Assembly (NCBI GenBank): GCA_021818475.1
Contig: JAKADZ010000003.1
Coordinates: 27,988 to 91,987, forward strand
Length of the DNA stretch: 64,000 bases
From: Nanobdellota archaeon
GTDB taxonomy: Archaea; Nanobdellota; Nanobdellia; Pacearchaeales; GW2011-AR1
Direction of reading: 5' to 3'
The notes under the pieces were generated by a model. It saw nothing but the letters and a program-made list of their open reading frames with translations. It had not been told where the DNA came from and made no database searches. Within the stretch, counting starts at the first letter, position 1; each line of letters starts with the position of its first letter. Shown one piece after another: positions 9,321 through 19,218 of the stretch. The position numbers and the translations under genes are program-made.

Positions 9321-11097
9321 TGTCTAAAAACTCCCTGTTCTCTTTTTCATTTTGTTTGTAGCATTTAACCCCCTCCTCAATCTGCTGCGCAATTTTTTGT
9401 ATATCCTGCGAGAATATCTGGAGATTATTTTTTGAATCAATAAATGAGTCCATTATAAGCTCCTCTATCTTATTCACCCCTTCATTGTTTTCAGAATCAA
9501 GGCCGAGATTAAAAAGAATTATCGGCAGCTCTCCGATTACTAGTCCTATACAGCACATCTTATTGATTATTAAATCAACAACATGCTCTTCTAAAGTGTC
9601 TTTTGTTGCAAGGCTGTAGATATTAATGTCATTTTTCTGCCCGATTCTGTCAAGCCTCCCTATTCTTTGTTCAACTGACATCGGATTCCACGGCAGGTCA
9701 TAATTTATCAGATTCCTGCAGAACTGGAAATTAAGGCCCTCTGCTCCCGTATCCGTGCTTATTAAAATATCTGCCCCGTTCCTGAATTCCTGAACTCTTC
9801 TTGTTCGCTCCTCCCTTTCAAGCCCTCCGACAAATTCAACAATCTTCAGATTAAGGTGTTTTAAATTTTCAATTATATATTCAAGCGTTGAAGGATGCCG
9901 TGTATAAATTAAAATCTGATCTTTTGGATTTTCTTTTTTTATTTTTTCAACAATCTCAACGAGTTTTTTCATTTTTGAATCAACTCCTACTGACTCATAT
10001 TCAACAAGAATTTTTTTTGCTATATCCCTTGTTTTTTCATGATATCTTTCATCGTCAATTATCCTGAGCAGGGATTCTTTTGCGGATTTGGAGGAGCTTG
10101 TAACTTTCGGAAGGATTGCATACACAATCAGCTTCCCGTTGATGGAATCACCATTGGCGGAAAAATACTGCGTTTTAAGCATCTCGCATGTCGCATCATA
10201 AATTTCCTTTTCCTTTTTTGTGAGTTCAACAGGAATTATTTTTGGAATTCTTTTTTTGTAATTAATTCCTGTCTGGCTTCTTTTTCTTCTTATCATTACT
10301 TCTTCAAGTTTTTTCCTGAGTTCCTTCGGATTTAGCGGATATCTTTTATTCCCTCTGTTCATAAATCTTTTTTTGAATTCCTTTATTGTCCCCAAATGCC
10401 CTCTTTTAAGAAGATGAAGCAGATTGTAAAGTTCAATTAAATCATTCTGGAAGGGTGTGGCTGTAAGAATCAAAAATCTTTTTTTCTGCAGCTTATCCAC
10501 AAATATCCATCTGACTGTCCTCCTGGCTTTTAATTTATGCCCCTCGTCGACAATAAGAAGGTCCCACGGAATCTGGTGAGCTTTGTGATGTGTGAACTGC
10601 CCTGTTTTTTTATTCCAGGATTTAACGCGGTCAATTGATGCAATTGCAAGCTCCGCATTGTCCCAGCTGTTTTCATTTTCTATTATTTTAAAATCAAGAT
10701 TAAACTTATCTCTTAACTCACTTTTCCACTGGTCCACTAATGAAGGCGGAACCAATATAAGGATTGTTTTTGCAAATCCTCTTGTAATCGATTCTTTTAT
10801 CACCATCCCCGCAGTGATTGTTTTTCCAAGCCCGACTTCGTCGGCAAGAAGTGCGGTGCAGTTTAAGTCGCGTATTATTTTTATTGCTCCTTCTTTCTGA
10901 TAATCAAGTTTGTATTCAAGATTGTCTTTTATCAGTTCGTAAGAAATAAGTTCATTAACGTCATCTTTTGAAAATTCTTCTGCTTCAAATTTTAAATCGG
11001 AAATTTCCTTTGATTCAAATTCTTTTTTTTCTATCTTTTCAATTAAGTCAAGTCCTTCATCGGAAAAATTTTCTTCAACAATTATTTCATAACCCAT
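9313..11097 (-). CDS. SNF2/Swi2-family ATPase (SF2 helicase-like)
   Basis: Motif I LLADEVGLGKTITAG; motif II LLIVDEGHKLK (DEGH); helicase-C motifs ISTDTGAEGLNFQ and QRIGRLDRIGQK. Confidence 0.8.
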   Translation of the reverse strand: MGYEIIVEENFSDEGLDLIEKIEKKEFESKEISDLKFEAEEFSKDDVNELISYELIKDNLEYKLDYQKEGAIKIIRDLNCTALLADEVGLGKTITAGMVIKESITRGFAKTILILVPPSLVDQWKSELRDKFNLDFKIIENENSWDNAELAIASIDRVKSWNKKTGQFTHHKAHQIPWDLLIVDEGHKLKARRTVRWIFVDKLQKKRFLILTATPFQNDLIELYNLLHLLKRGHLGTIKEFKKRFMNRGNKRYPLNPKELRKKLEEVMIRRKRSQTGINYKKRIPKIIPVELTKKEKEIYDATCEMLKTQYFSANGDSINGKLIVYAILPKVTSSSKSAKESLLRIIDDERYHEKTRDIAKKILVEYESVGVDSKMKKLVEIVEKIKKENPKDQILIYTRHPSTLEYIIENLKHLNLKIVEFVGGLEREERTRRVQEFRNGADILISTDTGAEGLNFQFCRNLINYDLPWNPMSVEQRIGRLDRIGQKNDINIYSLATKDTLEEHVVDLIINKMCCIGLVIGELPIILFNLGLDSENNEGVNKIEELIMDSFIDSKNNLQIFSQDIQKIAQQIEEGVKCYKQNEKENREFLDNE

Positions 11098-13027
11098 TTT
11101 GATTTATTGCTCTCAGGACTCTTTCATCCGGAGAAAGAATGTAAACATGGTCTTCCTTGAACCTGAGTCCCCTGTAAATTCTCTGCAGCAATTCTCTTCT
11201 CGCTTTATCTTTGTAAAAATCCCAGTAATAATCAGGATTTGTTTTTTTGAGAACGTCCCAGAATGCCGATTTCACGTCGGGATTTGGATATTTTGTGAAA
11301 ACAATGCTGTTGCATTGCTCCCCCGGAAAGTCAATTCCTCTCGTGCATTTTGTAGAAAATAACACTTCCATTTCCCCCTCTTTGAATTTCCTTATGTCCT
11401 CTCCGGTTTTGTCATTTTCCTGCATCTTCATAAGTTCATCTCTGCTTATGGTGCTGTTTAATCCAAATTTTTTTATTTCGTAATCATCCGGAAGATCATA
11501 AAAGGAATTTATATGAATCAGGGTTGGTTTTTTTGAAATTTCTATGCTTTTGTCAAGAGCTTTCAGATATTTTTCCCTGCTTTCTATGGGATATTTGCAG
11601 TCAAATTCCAGCCCCGTCCTCATTACTTCCATGCTTCCCTGCTGTTCTGTTTCAGCCTCGAGAATTTTGAATTTATCAAGCCCGAAAATATTTTTTAATA
11701 CATTTTCAGAATGTATCGTCCCGGACATCATGATAATTACTTTATTTTTGTCCATCATTTCTTTCAATCTTTTTGCGAGATTTGTTGTAACCAGCTCTGC
11801 AATAAGATTATTGTCTTTTTTGCTGAAGGTTAAATAAGTTTCATTAAGAAATTCATCAAACATTCTTGCAGTTTCTGCGACGTCAAAAAGGTAACTTTCA
11901 TCATCAATGTCATAAAGAAATTCCTGATTATCAAGAATCAGCTTTAGCAGATCATAAACTTCTGTCTTGTTTAATGGGATTATTTGTTTTGAAAAAACTG
12001 AATGCTGTATTTCCTGATTTTCTTTTATTTCTTCAATCTTTCTCCACATTTTCCTCATTATCCCGTCTGCTTCTTCCATTTCAGAAACAATCTGGTTAAG
12101 GGAATTCTGCAGCCTGTCAAAATTTATTATTCTCTGGCTTGAAAATCCGTCGAGAAATTCATCGCATTCATCGATTATCTCGGCTTCAGTTTCAGGCTTC
12201 CTATTCATGCCTGATTCAAGTTTGTATTTAAGAGAATTGAAGACCAAAACATCAGCATCAATGTAAGAATTAAACTGCTCGTAAAAAGGGCATCCTTTTT
12301 TTCTTTCATAAAAAATAAATTTTGTTCCTTTCAGCCCGGTATAACTTCTTTTTTTTGCATGTTCAAAACTTTTTCCGTTAAGTTCAAATTTGTCAGGAAA
12401 AACCGGGCACCAGTAAGGGCAAACAGGAGCGATTGATGCTCTTTTGACATCTTTTACTGTATTGAAATTTTTTGGATTTATATTATGATTATCTTTAAGC
12501 AATGCAAAAATTCTGTTTGAATTTTTTTCCTTGAGTTCTATCCTGCACGGGATAAAAGGATTGTCTGCAGTCAGATTTGTTTCTTTTTCTCTTCTGTCAA
12601 AAATTTCATTTAATTTTAGATTTCTTTCTTCCCGAAAAATCGGGACATTCTTATCCTCGAGATATTTGCATTTGTGATTATTTCGTCCCGTTATTACAGA
12701 AATTTTTAATCTCTCCCCGTTTTCTTTAAGTAGATATTTTTGGTTTTCATAATCTTCTTTATACTGGTTCTGCAAAGTTTTTCCAGGAACAACAATGCAG
12801 CTCTTTCCTAGTTCTCTTGCAATATTCAAGGCTATTGCGCTTTTTCCTGTCCCGCAGACTCCATGTATAAAAATTATTCTGTTCCCTTCTTCAATTAATT
12901 TCAGAACTTCATTGACAGTATCTTCCTGTGTTTTTCCGTTGGAAAATTGCAATGGTTTCAGAAATTTATCTCCATAATATAAGCTCCACATCTTTTTTCC
13001 TCTATTTTTACAAATTAGTAAATTCAA
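11087..13027 (-). CDS. XPD/Rad3/DinG-like Fe-S SF2 helicase
   Basis: Walker A GVCGTGKS; four Cys between motifs I and II (HKCKY, IPCR, VCPYWCP, KGCPFY), typical of the XPD Fe-S domain; motif II IIDECDEF; motif III MMSGTI; TRGIDFPGE; motif VI QRIYRGLRF. Confidence 0.6.
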   Translation of the reverse strand: MNLLICKNRGKKMWSLYYGDKFLKPLQFSNGKTQEDTVNEVLKLIEEGNRIIFIHGVCGTGKSAIALNIARELGKSCIVVPGKTLQNQYKEDYENQKYLLKENGERLKISVITGRNNHKCKYLEDKNVPIFREERNLKLNEIFDRREKETNLTADNPFIPCRIELKEKNSNRIFALLKDNHNINPKNFNTVKDVKRASIAPVCPYWCPVFPDKFELNGKSFEHAKKRSYTGLKGTKFIFYERKKGCPFYEQFNSYIDADVLVFNSLKYKLESGMNRKPETEAEIIDECDEFLDGFSSQRIINFDRLQNSLNQIVSEMEEADGIMRKMWRKIEEIKENQEIQHSVFSKQIIPLNKTEVYDLLKLILDNQEFLYDIDDESYLFDVAETARMFDEFLNETYLTFSKKDNNLIAELVTTNLAKRLKEMMDKNKVIIMMSGTIHSENVLKNIFGLDKFKILEAETEQQGSMEVMRTGLEFDCKYPIESREKYLKALDKSIEISKKPTLIHINSFYDLPDDYEIKKFGLNSTISRDELMKMQENDKTGEDIRKFKEGEMEVLFSTKCTRGIDFPGEQCNSIVFTKYPNPDVKSAFWDVLKKTNPDYYWDFYKDKARRELLQRIYRGLRFKEDHVYILSPDERVLRAINQNGL

Positions 13028-13055
13028 GAATGAGTTATAAATATTACTGTAAAAA

Positions 13056-13454
13056 TTAATCTATAAACGGAGCTTTAAAATAATCTTCATCCCTGTCAGG
13101 AGAATATTCTCCCCAAAAAAGTTTTCCTTTTTCTTTTCCTTCTGTTTTAACAAGAAGTCTTCTGCGTTCAATTCCTTCTGTTGAGTCCATGTCTCCCTCA
13201 TCCCATGCCCCTTTCATAAATCCAATTCCTTCTTCATTAATATCTATTCTGTATTCTCCTGGATTTCCATTTTTATCTTTGTATTCAAAAGTAAGATACA
13301 AAAATCCTCTTTTTGTATTCGGATTTATTCCGTTTCGAATATGTAGATTATATTTATTCTCTCCCAGAGTAATATTTTCAACATCCAGGTCACGTCCAAC
13401 TTTAGCAACTTGTTCAAATACTCTTCTTACAAGCATAGAATTTTCCTCTTCCAT
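13056..13454 (-). CDS. hypothetical protein (132 aa), first gene of the putative operon with the XPD-like helicase
   Basis: ORF preceded by a TTTAAAT box ~24 nt upstream of its ATG; its stop lies 29 nt before the XPD start. Confidence 0.4.
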   Translation of the reverse strand: MEEENSMLVRRVFEQVAKVGRDLDVENITLGENKYNLHIRNGINPNTKRGFLYLTFEYKDKNGNPGEYRIDINEEGIGFMKGAWDEGDMDSTEGIERRRLLVKTEGKEKGKLFWGEYSPDRDEDYFKAPFID

Positions 13455-13572
13455 AAAAATCTTTGATTAATTTCATTTAAATAGATTATTATCAATCAAA
13501 ATATATTTTAGAAGAATTCTTGTCCAGACTAAAAGTGTAAAGATTATCAGCGTACAATAAAAATAAGTCGGC

Positions 13573-13857
13573 TTAGCCGAATAATGCTGATAATCCTTCT
13601 GCTGCAGCTTCTTTCTTTTCTTCTACTGCTTTGTTTTCTTTCTTTTCTGCTTTAGGAGCTTCTGCTGGAGCTGCTGCAACTAAACTTGCACTCTCCAATT
13701 CTTTATCGATGTCTACTCCCTTCAAGCTGGCAACAAGTGACTTAAGTTGTGATTCATCAACCTGTCCGCCTGCAGCTGCAACAACACTTTTCAAATTATT
13801 CTCGTTAACTTCCTTTCCGAGTTTGTGCAACAAAAGTGCTGCGTATATGTTTTCCAT
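13573..13857 (-). CDS. rpl12: 50S ribosomal stalk protein P1 (L12)
   Basis: [16 protein letters not shown]... with Ala-rich hinge and acidic tail ...[16 protein letters not shown]. Confidence 0.85.
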   Translation of the reverse strand: MENIYAALLLHKLGKEVNENNLKSVVAAAGGQVDESQLKSLVASLKGVDIDKELESASLVAAAPAEAPKAEKKENKAVEEKKEAAAEGLSALFG

Positions 13858-13861
13858 TTTT

Positions 13862-14665
13862 TTAATTTACCTCTCCAGATTTATTTTCTGAAGTATTTGT
13901 TAAATTTTCCAAAGCCAGTTCATGTCTTCCTGCTTTCTGAAGTAAATATTTTATCGTATCATCTGAAACATAACCAATCTCTACAGCGAATGGAAGCGCC
14001 TTGCTGAATGCATTCTTCAACTCTGCAAGCACTTTCTCCGTGTCAATATCTATATTCAGATATGCTTTCTTTTCCTTATTATCATATCCTGCAAGAGGAA
14101 TTAAACTGATTGTGAATGGTCTTATGTCAAGTTTGCTCAAAACGTCTGCAACAGGAGCTGAAATTTTGTCTCCTTTCTTCGCGACAACTTTTGCTTCTTT
14201 AATGCTCAACTTCCCTTTATCTATCTGAACCTGAAGTCCGACTGCTCCCAATTCACTTATTGCCGGGCCAGGAACAAGATCTGTTGGTCCTGCTGGAATT
14301 TCAATATCCATCGGAGCTTCCTGTCCTGCTTTTGCTTTTGCCGGACTTTTATTCTTAGCAAGTTCAGCGGCAAGTTCGAAACAGTCCATGTCAGAAAAAA
14401 GCATCGCGACATTATCATTAATCTTAGTTTCAGTAATTTTTGCCTCGCTTTCTCCTGAATCATTTATAGATTTAATTATAAGATTTTTCTTAGGGACTTT
14501 AACCACTGCTTTTCCTCTTAGTTTCTTGACTATCTCCTGAAATTGTGAAGCAGGAATTCCTTTTATTGAAACGAGAAGGAACGTTCTGTTTTTCTTCATC
14601 AAATCATTAAGTTCCTTTACAGTTTTTTTCTTGACTTCTGAAACGTGTGCTTTTGGGTTTGTCAT
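13862..14665 (-). CDS. rplP0: 50S ribosomal protein L10 / acidic P0
   Basis: 267 aa, position between L1 and L12 and typical P0 N-terminal region. Confidence 0.85.
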   Translation of the reverse strand: MTNPKAHVSEVKKKTVKELNDLMKKNRTFLLVSIKGIPASQFQEIVKKLRGKAVVKVPKKNLIIKSINDSGESEAKITETKINDNVAMLFSDMDCFELAAELAKNKSPAKAKAGQEAPMDIEIPAGPTDLVPGPAISELGAVGLQVQIDKGKLSIKEAKVVAKKGDKISAPVADVLSKLDIRPFTISLIPLAGYDNKEKKAYLNIDIDTEKVLAELKNAFSKALPFAVEIGYVSDDTIKYLLQKAGRHELALENLTNTSENKSGEVN

Positions 14666-14666
14666 C

Positions 14667-15299
14667 TTATTTTAGTTTTATTTTCTGAGGCTTGCTCATT
14701 GTAAATTTTAATTCAAGATTTTTTATGTTTTCTTTTCCTTTAGCCAATGCTTTCAAAACTGCATTGTAAACTGCCAAAGCATTTTCTGCAATTTCCTCAT
14801 CTTTCATGCTTTGTCTTCCAATCTGGACTTTTATGCTTGCTTCTTTTGTTTTTATTTTAACACTATTATTGATTCTGCTTTTCAGGTCATTTATTGTTTT
14901 GTCGTCTGCATTTACCATAATCCCCATCTGAGGCGAGGGCATTTTTCCGGTAGGACCTAAAGCTCTTCCGAAAGTTGTAGCAACAATTGGCATGAGGCTT
15001 GCCTGAGCAATGAAGAAATCATAATCTCTTGCAAGTTTTTTTATCTCTTTCTTTGTCGAATATTTTTTGAATTCAGAACGGGTGATTGTGTCAACAACAT
15101 TGCTCTTTATTTCCAAAAATCCGCAGATTTTTTTGTCCTTTATTTTGTAAGGAACAGAAATGAAAAGATTTACCTGCTCTTTCTTTATATCAAATTTTTG
15201 CAGATTGATAATTAAGTCTACTGACTGGTCAAACTTTCTTTGTTTGCTTTTTCTCAATTCTGCTAATGCTTGTTTTAATTCTTCGCTTAATTCTGCCAT
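14667..15299 (-). CDS. rpl1: 50S ribosomal protein L1
   Basis: 210 aa; FDQSVDLIINL and GKMPSPQ segments typical of L1; adjacency to L10/L12. Confidence 0.85.
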   Translation of the reverse strand: MAELSEELKQALAELRKSKQRKFDQSVDLIINLQKFDIKKEQVNLFISVPYKIKDKKICGFLEIKSNVVDTITRSEFKKYSTKKEIKKLARDYDFFIAQASLMPIVATTFGRALGPTGKMPSPQMGIMVNADDKTINDLKSRINNSVKIKTKEASIKVQIGRQSMKDEEIAENALAVYNAVLKALAKGKENIKNLELKFTMSKPQKIKLK

Positions 15300-15465
15300 T
15301 TTTCTGAACTGTTTTAGTTGTCTCCCATTTATGCGCCGGCACCATAGAATTTATGCGTCAGCGACATGGTTCAATCGACAAAATCTTTAGAAAATTATCA
15401 TTTATAAATTATTCTATAATAGTTATCTCTGTCCAATTAGCATTTCCTTCCGTAAAATAAATCCA

Positions 15466-15511
15466 ATTTTTACAATAATTCTTATAAATCGTTTTAATTT
15501 ACTCTTTCACT
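15466..15511 (+). promoter_or_regulatory. BRE/TATA promoter plus short leader, near-identical to the ftsZ promoter
   Basis: TTTACAATAATTCTTATAAATCGTTTTAATTTACTCTTTCACTATGG versus 20578-20622 TTTACAACAATTCTTATAAATGGATTTTAATTCTATTGAATATGG; TATA TTATAAAT lies ~22 nt before the ATG. Confidence 0.55.
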
Positions 15512-15862
15512 ATGGAATTCATTGCATTATTATCTTCAGGAAAAGGAACCTGGGCGCAGGTTTCAGGGTTGATTAAATATGGCGAATGGGAAAAAATAAT
15601 TTTATTAGGCGACGAATTTGCGAAACAGTTTACTGCAGAAAAACCATTTGAATTTATTAAAGTTGACTTAGGAAAAAAATTAAAAGATTTGCGTGATGAA
15701 TTTTCCCAGAAATTAAAAGGAAAAATTGACGGAACAGAAGTTGCACTTTCAATTGCATCTGGCGACGGAAAAGAACATATGGCTTTAATTTCTGCTTTGA
15801 TTAATTCCCCTGTTGGAGTAAGATTTGCTGCTTTAACCAAAGACGGAGTTGTTGATTTGTAA
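15512..15862 (+). CDS. hypothetical protein (116 aa) expressed from the ftsZ-like promoter
   Basis: ORF with good codon continuity; no recognisable family. Confidence 0.45.
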   Translation: MEFIALLSSGKGTWAQVSGLIKYGEWEKIILLGDEFAKQFTAEKPFEFIKVDLGKKLKDLRDEFSQKLKGKIDGTEVALSIASGDGKEHMALISALINSPVGVRFAALTKDGVVDL

Positions 15863-16079
15863 AATGAGAAAAAGTGCAGATTACAGATTTGAAATGTTAA
15901 AAAGTGATCTCGATCAGATGATGGTTGAAGAATCAAAAGCAATTCTTGAAAGAATTAAAGATTATAATCCTGAAGAAAGAAGACTCTACCTTAAAGGATA
16001 TTTTGATTCATTGCAAAGATTCGTTGATTTAGACACCGATTTGTTTATTCATCTGGTTCATAATATTTCATTAAAATAA
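15849..16079 (+). CDS. hypothetical small protein (start possibly the ATG at 15864)
   Basis: 76-aa ORF overlapping the previous stop. Confidence 0.3.
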   Translation: MLICKMRKSADYRFEMLKSDLDQMMVEESKAILERIKDYNPEERRLYLKGYFDSLQRFVDLDTDLFIHLVHNISLK

Positions 16080-16102
16080 TTCTTTTTTGCAACTAATGAA
16101 AA

Positions 16103-17098
16103 TTAAAACTGATTTTTCTTAATTTTCATATCTGCTTTGCTTTTTCCTAGAAGAACGACTCTTGATTCTTTTTTCTCGTCGAGGAATTTATATTCTGGTA
16201 AAAATTCTAAAAGTTTTTTTGAAAACTCAATAATTTCTTTATGATACGGCATCCTTTCATAACCCAGTCTTTGCCTCGCAAAACCAACACTCATAAATCC
16301 TTTCATCTCTATAAACATCGGATTCGCTTTTTTGATAAGATTGGCATATTCCTCTGCCATTTCATCGGACATATTCAGTTCCCTTACTAAATTCATTCTG
16401 AAAACAGTTCTTGTTTTATCCTTTACACGAGCCATAATTTCAAGGCTTTTGTTGAGTCTTTCCCATGCATCTTTTTTCGAGCTTCTGTGAAATTTCTGAT
16501 AAAGTTCTTTATTGGGGGTGTTGACAGAAATATATAGCTGCGTCGGCAATTGCTTATTCTTTTCCATCTCTTCCAATTTTTCAGGATATAATCCATTTGT
16601 AACCAAGAAACTTGTTTTTCCTCTCTTTCTCAATTCATCAATCAATCCTCCGATGTGTTCATAAACTGTGGGCTCTCCTGAAAGTGAAATTGCAAACTGC
16701 ATCGGTTCCTGGGCTTCCAGATATTTTTTCTGATTTGCCTTGCTAAGCTGTTTCTTATTTGATTTTTTATCGACGTTAAATCCGATTAGTAACTTTCTCT
16801 GCGCTTCTATGCATTTGTCAACAACCTCCTTTGGAGAGTCTACATTCCCTTTTAATTCACTGTCAATTGTCATTTCAATTGCTCTCCAGCAATGTACGCA
16901 TCGGTTTGGACACCACATAACTGCAGGGGACATCTGGCAGCATAAATGTGATTTAATTCCGTAAAATTGTTCTTTATAACAGACTCCCTCATCTAAAAGA
17001 GATTTCTTGGTCCATCTGCAAATTTGAACTGCAGAATGTTTTCCTGCAATTGCATAATGCTGTTTCTTCAAAATTTTTTTAACTTTTTCAGGTATCAT
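16103..17098 (-). CDS. taw1: radical SAM tRNA 4-demethylwyosine synthase (Taw1/TYW1-like)
   Basis: N-terminal extra cysteines (HSAVQICRWTKK, CYKEQFYGIKSHLCCQ) followed by the radical-SAM CPNRCVHC (CX3CX2C), the pattern of archaeal Taw1. Confidence 0.65.
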   Translation of the reverse strand: MIPEKVKKILKKQHYAIAGKHSAVQICRWTKKSLLDEGVCYKEQFYGIKSHLCCQMSPAVMWCPNRCVHCWRAIEMTIDSELKGNVDSPKEVVDKCIEAQRKLLIGFNVDKKSNKKQLSKANQKKYLEAQEPMQFAISLSGEPTVYEHIGGLIDELRKRGKTSFLVTNGLYPEKLEEMEKNKQLPTQLYISVNTPNKELYQKFHRSSKKDAWERLNKSLEIMARVKDKTRTVFRMNLVRELNMSDEMAEEYANLIKKANPMFIEMKGFMSVGFARQRLGYERMPYHKEIIEFSKKLLEFLPEYKFLDEKKESRVVLLGKSKADMKIKKNQF

Positions 17099-17128
17099 AA
17101 AAGGAGGATAGAAATTTTATTTTTAAAT

Positions 17129-18553
17129 CTACTTAAACAAACCTACTGCCCAGAAAACCATAAGGACTAAAAGAAGGAATAAAAATAATCCGGTCATAAA
17201 CTTGAATGCTTTTTCTGCTTTTTGTTTGCTCTTTGTAATTGCCAGGATTGTCAGATAAAAAAATCTTCCGCCGTCGAAAATTCCTACAGGAAGCATATTA
17301 ACAAGTGCAACGCTGAAGCTTATTACAACAAGCCACCATAATAAATTGTAGATAAATTCTGCAGCCTCAAAGTTAGATTTGTAGTAAACATTAGAGTCTT
17401 TAAATGAGAACCAGCTCATAATCTTGTTAAAAATGCCAGTGCTTCCTCTGCTCATAAACCCGATTCCAAGATAAGGTGCACTTTTATTCTGGGGGTTTTG
17501 TCCGAGGGTGATTTTATAATCCTGATAAGAATTACCATTCAGGGCAGTTATTGTAATATTGCTTCCCGGAGAATAGTTCATTAATATTTTTCCAAGTTGC
17601 TCTTCATTGTTCACATTGATGCCGTTAATTCTTACAATTGTATTCGGAAGATTTGCTTTTATTGCGGGAGCATTATCATAAAGGTAAATATATCCCTGAT
17701 TATTTTTCTGTTGGGTAAGGAAATTCTCCGTTATGAAATATTCAGAATCATTGGTTTTCACGTCTGCCAAAGCAGAAGTATTCGCCAGACTTAATAACTG
17801 ATTATAAGAAATATTGCTCACATGAACGTTGTTTACAGAGGTTATTGCAGAAATTCCGACAACCGAATAAGTATAAGTGTCAAATATAACTCCTGACGGG
17901 GTAAATGCTATCCAGAAAAATAATAATAAAACTGCAAAAAACAAAATTGCAACAAGCGTGTTGGCAAAAGTTCCTGCAGATAAAATTGCCATCTGGTGTG
18001 AAATTTTTTTCTTCTGCATTTTCTTTTCATCAAGCTCTACAAATGCTGCTAAAAATATCGGAAGGAAGAATGGGAAAAATCCAAAGCCTGTGCTTTTTAT
18101 CTTCACTTTTTTATTCGCTGCGAAAATTCCATGGCTGAATTCGTGGCTTATTGCAACAACTGCAATTATAATTATCCAATAAATAAAATAGAAAGGCGGA
18201 AGAAAATTAAGCTGGAAAACCTGGGGGAGATAAGGTAACAGGGGCATTATTGGGGGAACTTTAACCAGACTGACTATTTCCGGATTGAAAACATAAATCC
18301 AGACTATTCTCCCGAATAAGTATAACATTCCCGCCATCAGAAGAAATCCGAGTGCGATTGAAACATAACTTAAAACATTGAGCAGTTTTTTGTACTTTTC
18401 ACCTATCTTATTTATTGCCTTTATTCCCGCACTGGTTTTATATAAAATCAGAAACCCCTCTCTTTTAAGATTCTTTTTTCTCCTATATAAAAAAATAGAA
18501 ACAAATATGACAAATGCAGTTAGCAGGACTATATCGTATATTACAAAATTCAT
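17129..18553 (-). CDS. site-2 protease (M50 family zinc metalloprotease) with PDZ domain
   Basis: HEFSHG (HExxH) in a TM helix, polytopic membrane topology, PDZ-like segment IVRINGINVNNEEQLGKIL. Confidence 0.75.
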   Translation of the reverse strand: MNFVIYDIVLLTAFVIFVSIFLYRRKKNLKREGFLILYKTSAGIKAINKIGEKYKKLLNVLSYVSIALGFLLMAGMLYLFGRIVWIYVFNPEIVSLVKVPPIMPLLPYLPQVFQLNFLPPFYFIYWIIIIAVVAISHEFSHGIFAANKKVKIKSTGFGFFPFFLPIFLAAFVELDEKKMQKKKISHQMAILSAGTFANTLVAILFFAVLLLFFWIAFTPSGVIFDTYTYSVVGISAITSVNNVHVSNISYNQLLSLANTSALADVKTNDSEYFITENFLTQQKNNQGYIYLYDNAPAIKANLPNTIVRINGINVNNEEQLGKILMNYSPGSNITITALNGNSYQDYKITLGQNPQNKSAPYLGIGFMSRGSTGIFNKIMSWFSFKDSNVYYKSNFEAAEFIYNLLWWLVVISFSVALVNMLPVGIFDGGRFFYLTILAITKSKQKAEKAFKFMTGLFLFLLLVLMVFWAVGLFK

Positions 18554-18611
18554 CTCTTTATTTTAAATTTATTTTCTTTATGTAAATTTCCATTTTATTT
18601 AATGGAAATAT

Positions 18612-18773
18612 TTATTTTTTCCTCAATGGTCTGAATGCTTTCTTTTTGCATTTTCGACATTTGACTTTTCCCTTCAAAACTTTCTGCGGGTCTGCCTTAT
18701 TTTTAGTCTGGCAGTTTTTACAGACGAAAACATTCTTAAAAATTCTATTTGTTGCTTCAGGAATTTTAGTCAT
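18612..18773 (-). CDS. rpl40e: 50S ribosomal protein L40e
   Basis: Manual translation MTKIPEATNRIFKNVFVCKNCQTKNKADPQKVLKGKVKCRKCKKKAFRPLRKK; C4 zinc-ribbon pattern and length match L40e. Below the ORF-track cutoff. Confidence 0.7.
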   Translation of the reverse strand: MTKIPEATNRIFKNVFVCKNCQTKNKADPQKVLKGKVKCRKCKKKAFRPLRKK

Positions 18774-18780
18774 ATTTTAG

Positions 18781-19167
18781 TTATACCTTTCGTTTAATTA
18801 TTTTTTCTCCTTCAACATCCCAATATTCTACATTGTCATTTTCGGCTAGTTCAGCCTTTATCTCTTCGGGGCATTCTACTTCTATTGTTTCGAAGTTCTC
18901 CAGGTCCATTAAGCTGACTTTCTCTCCAACTGAAAGAACCTGCCCTTTTCTTTTTTCAACCAGAGGAATTTCCAATCGGTCATGTCCCGGGATTACAAAA
19001 ACTTTTTTTGCATCGGTTATTATGCCTGAACATTCAATTCTGCATTTTGCATGTCCGTGCTTTCCGGTCTTTGAAATATCTATTTTTTTTATAGTGCAGG
19101 GCATTCCATCCACGATGATATTCGTTCCGACTTTCGCCTCTGTTGCGTTTATTATCTTTAAAACCAT
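18781..19167 (-). CDS. eif5a: translation initiation factor 5A (aIF-5A)
   Basis: Hypusine loop SKTGKHGHAK. The annotated ORF extends to 19317 but the conserved protein begins at MVLKIINATEAK (19167). Confidence 0.85.
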   Translation of the reverse strand: MVLKIINATEAKVGTNIIVDGMPCTIKKIDISKTGKHGHAKCRIECSGIITDAKKVFVIPGHDRLEIPLVEKRKGQVLSVGEKVSLMDLENFETIEVECPEEIKAELAENDNVEYWDVEGEKIIKRKV

Positions 19168-19218
19168 AACTAAACCAAAAAAAATACATTTATAAACATT
19201 TTTACTCAAGAAAATAAA

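Noticed and set aside
15499-15942. 147-aa minus-strand ORF
   Set aside because: Fully antisense to two plus-strand ORFs that carry the conserved ftsZ-type promoter; the hydrophobic low-complexity translation looks spurious.
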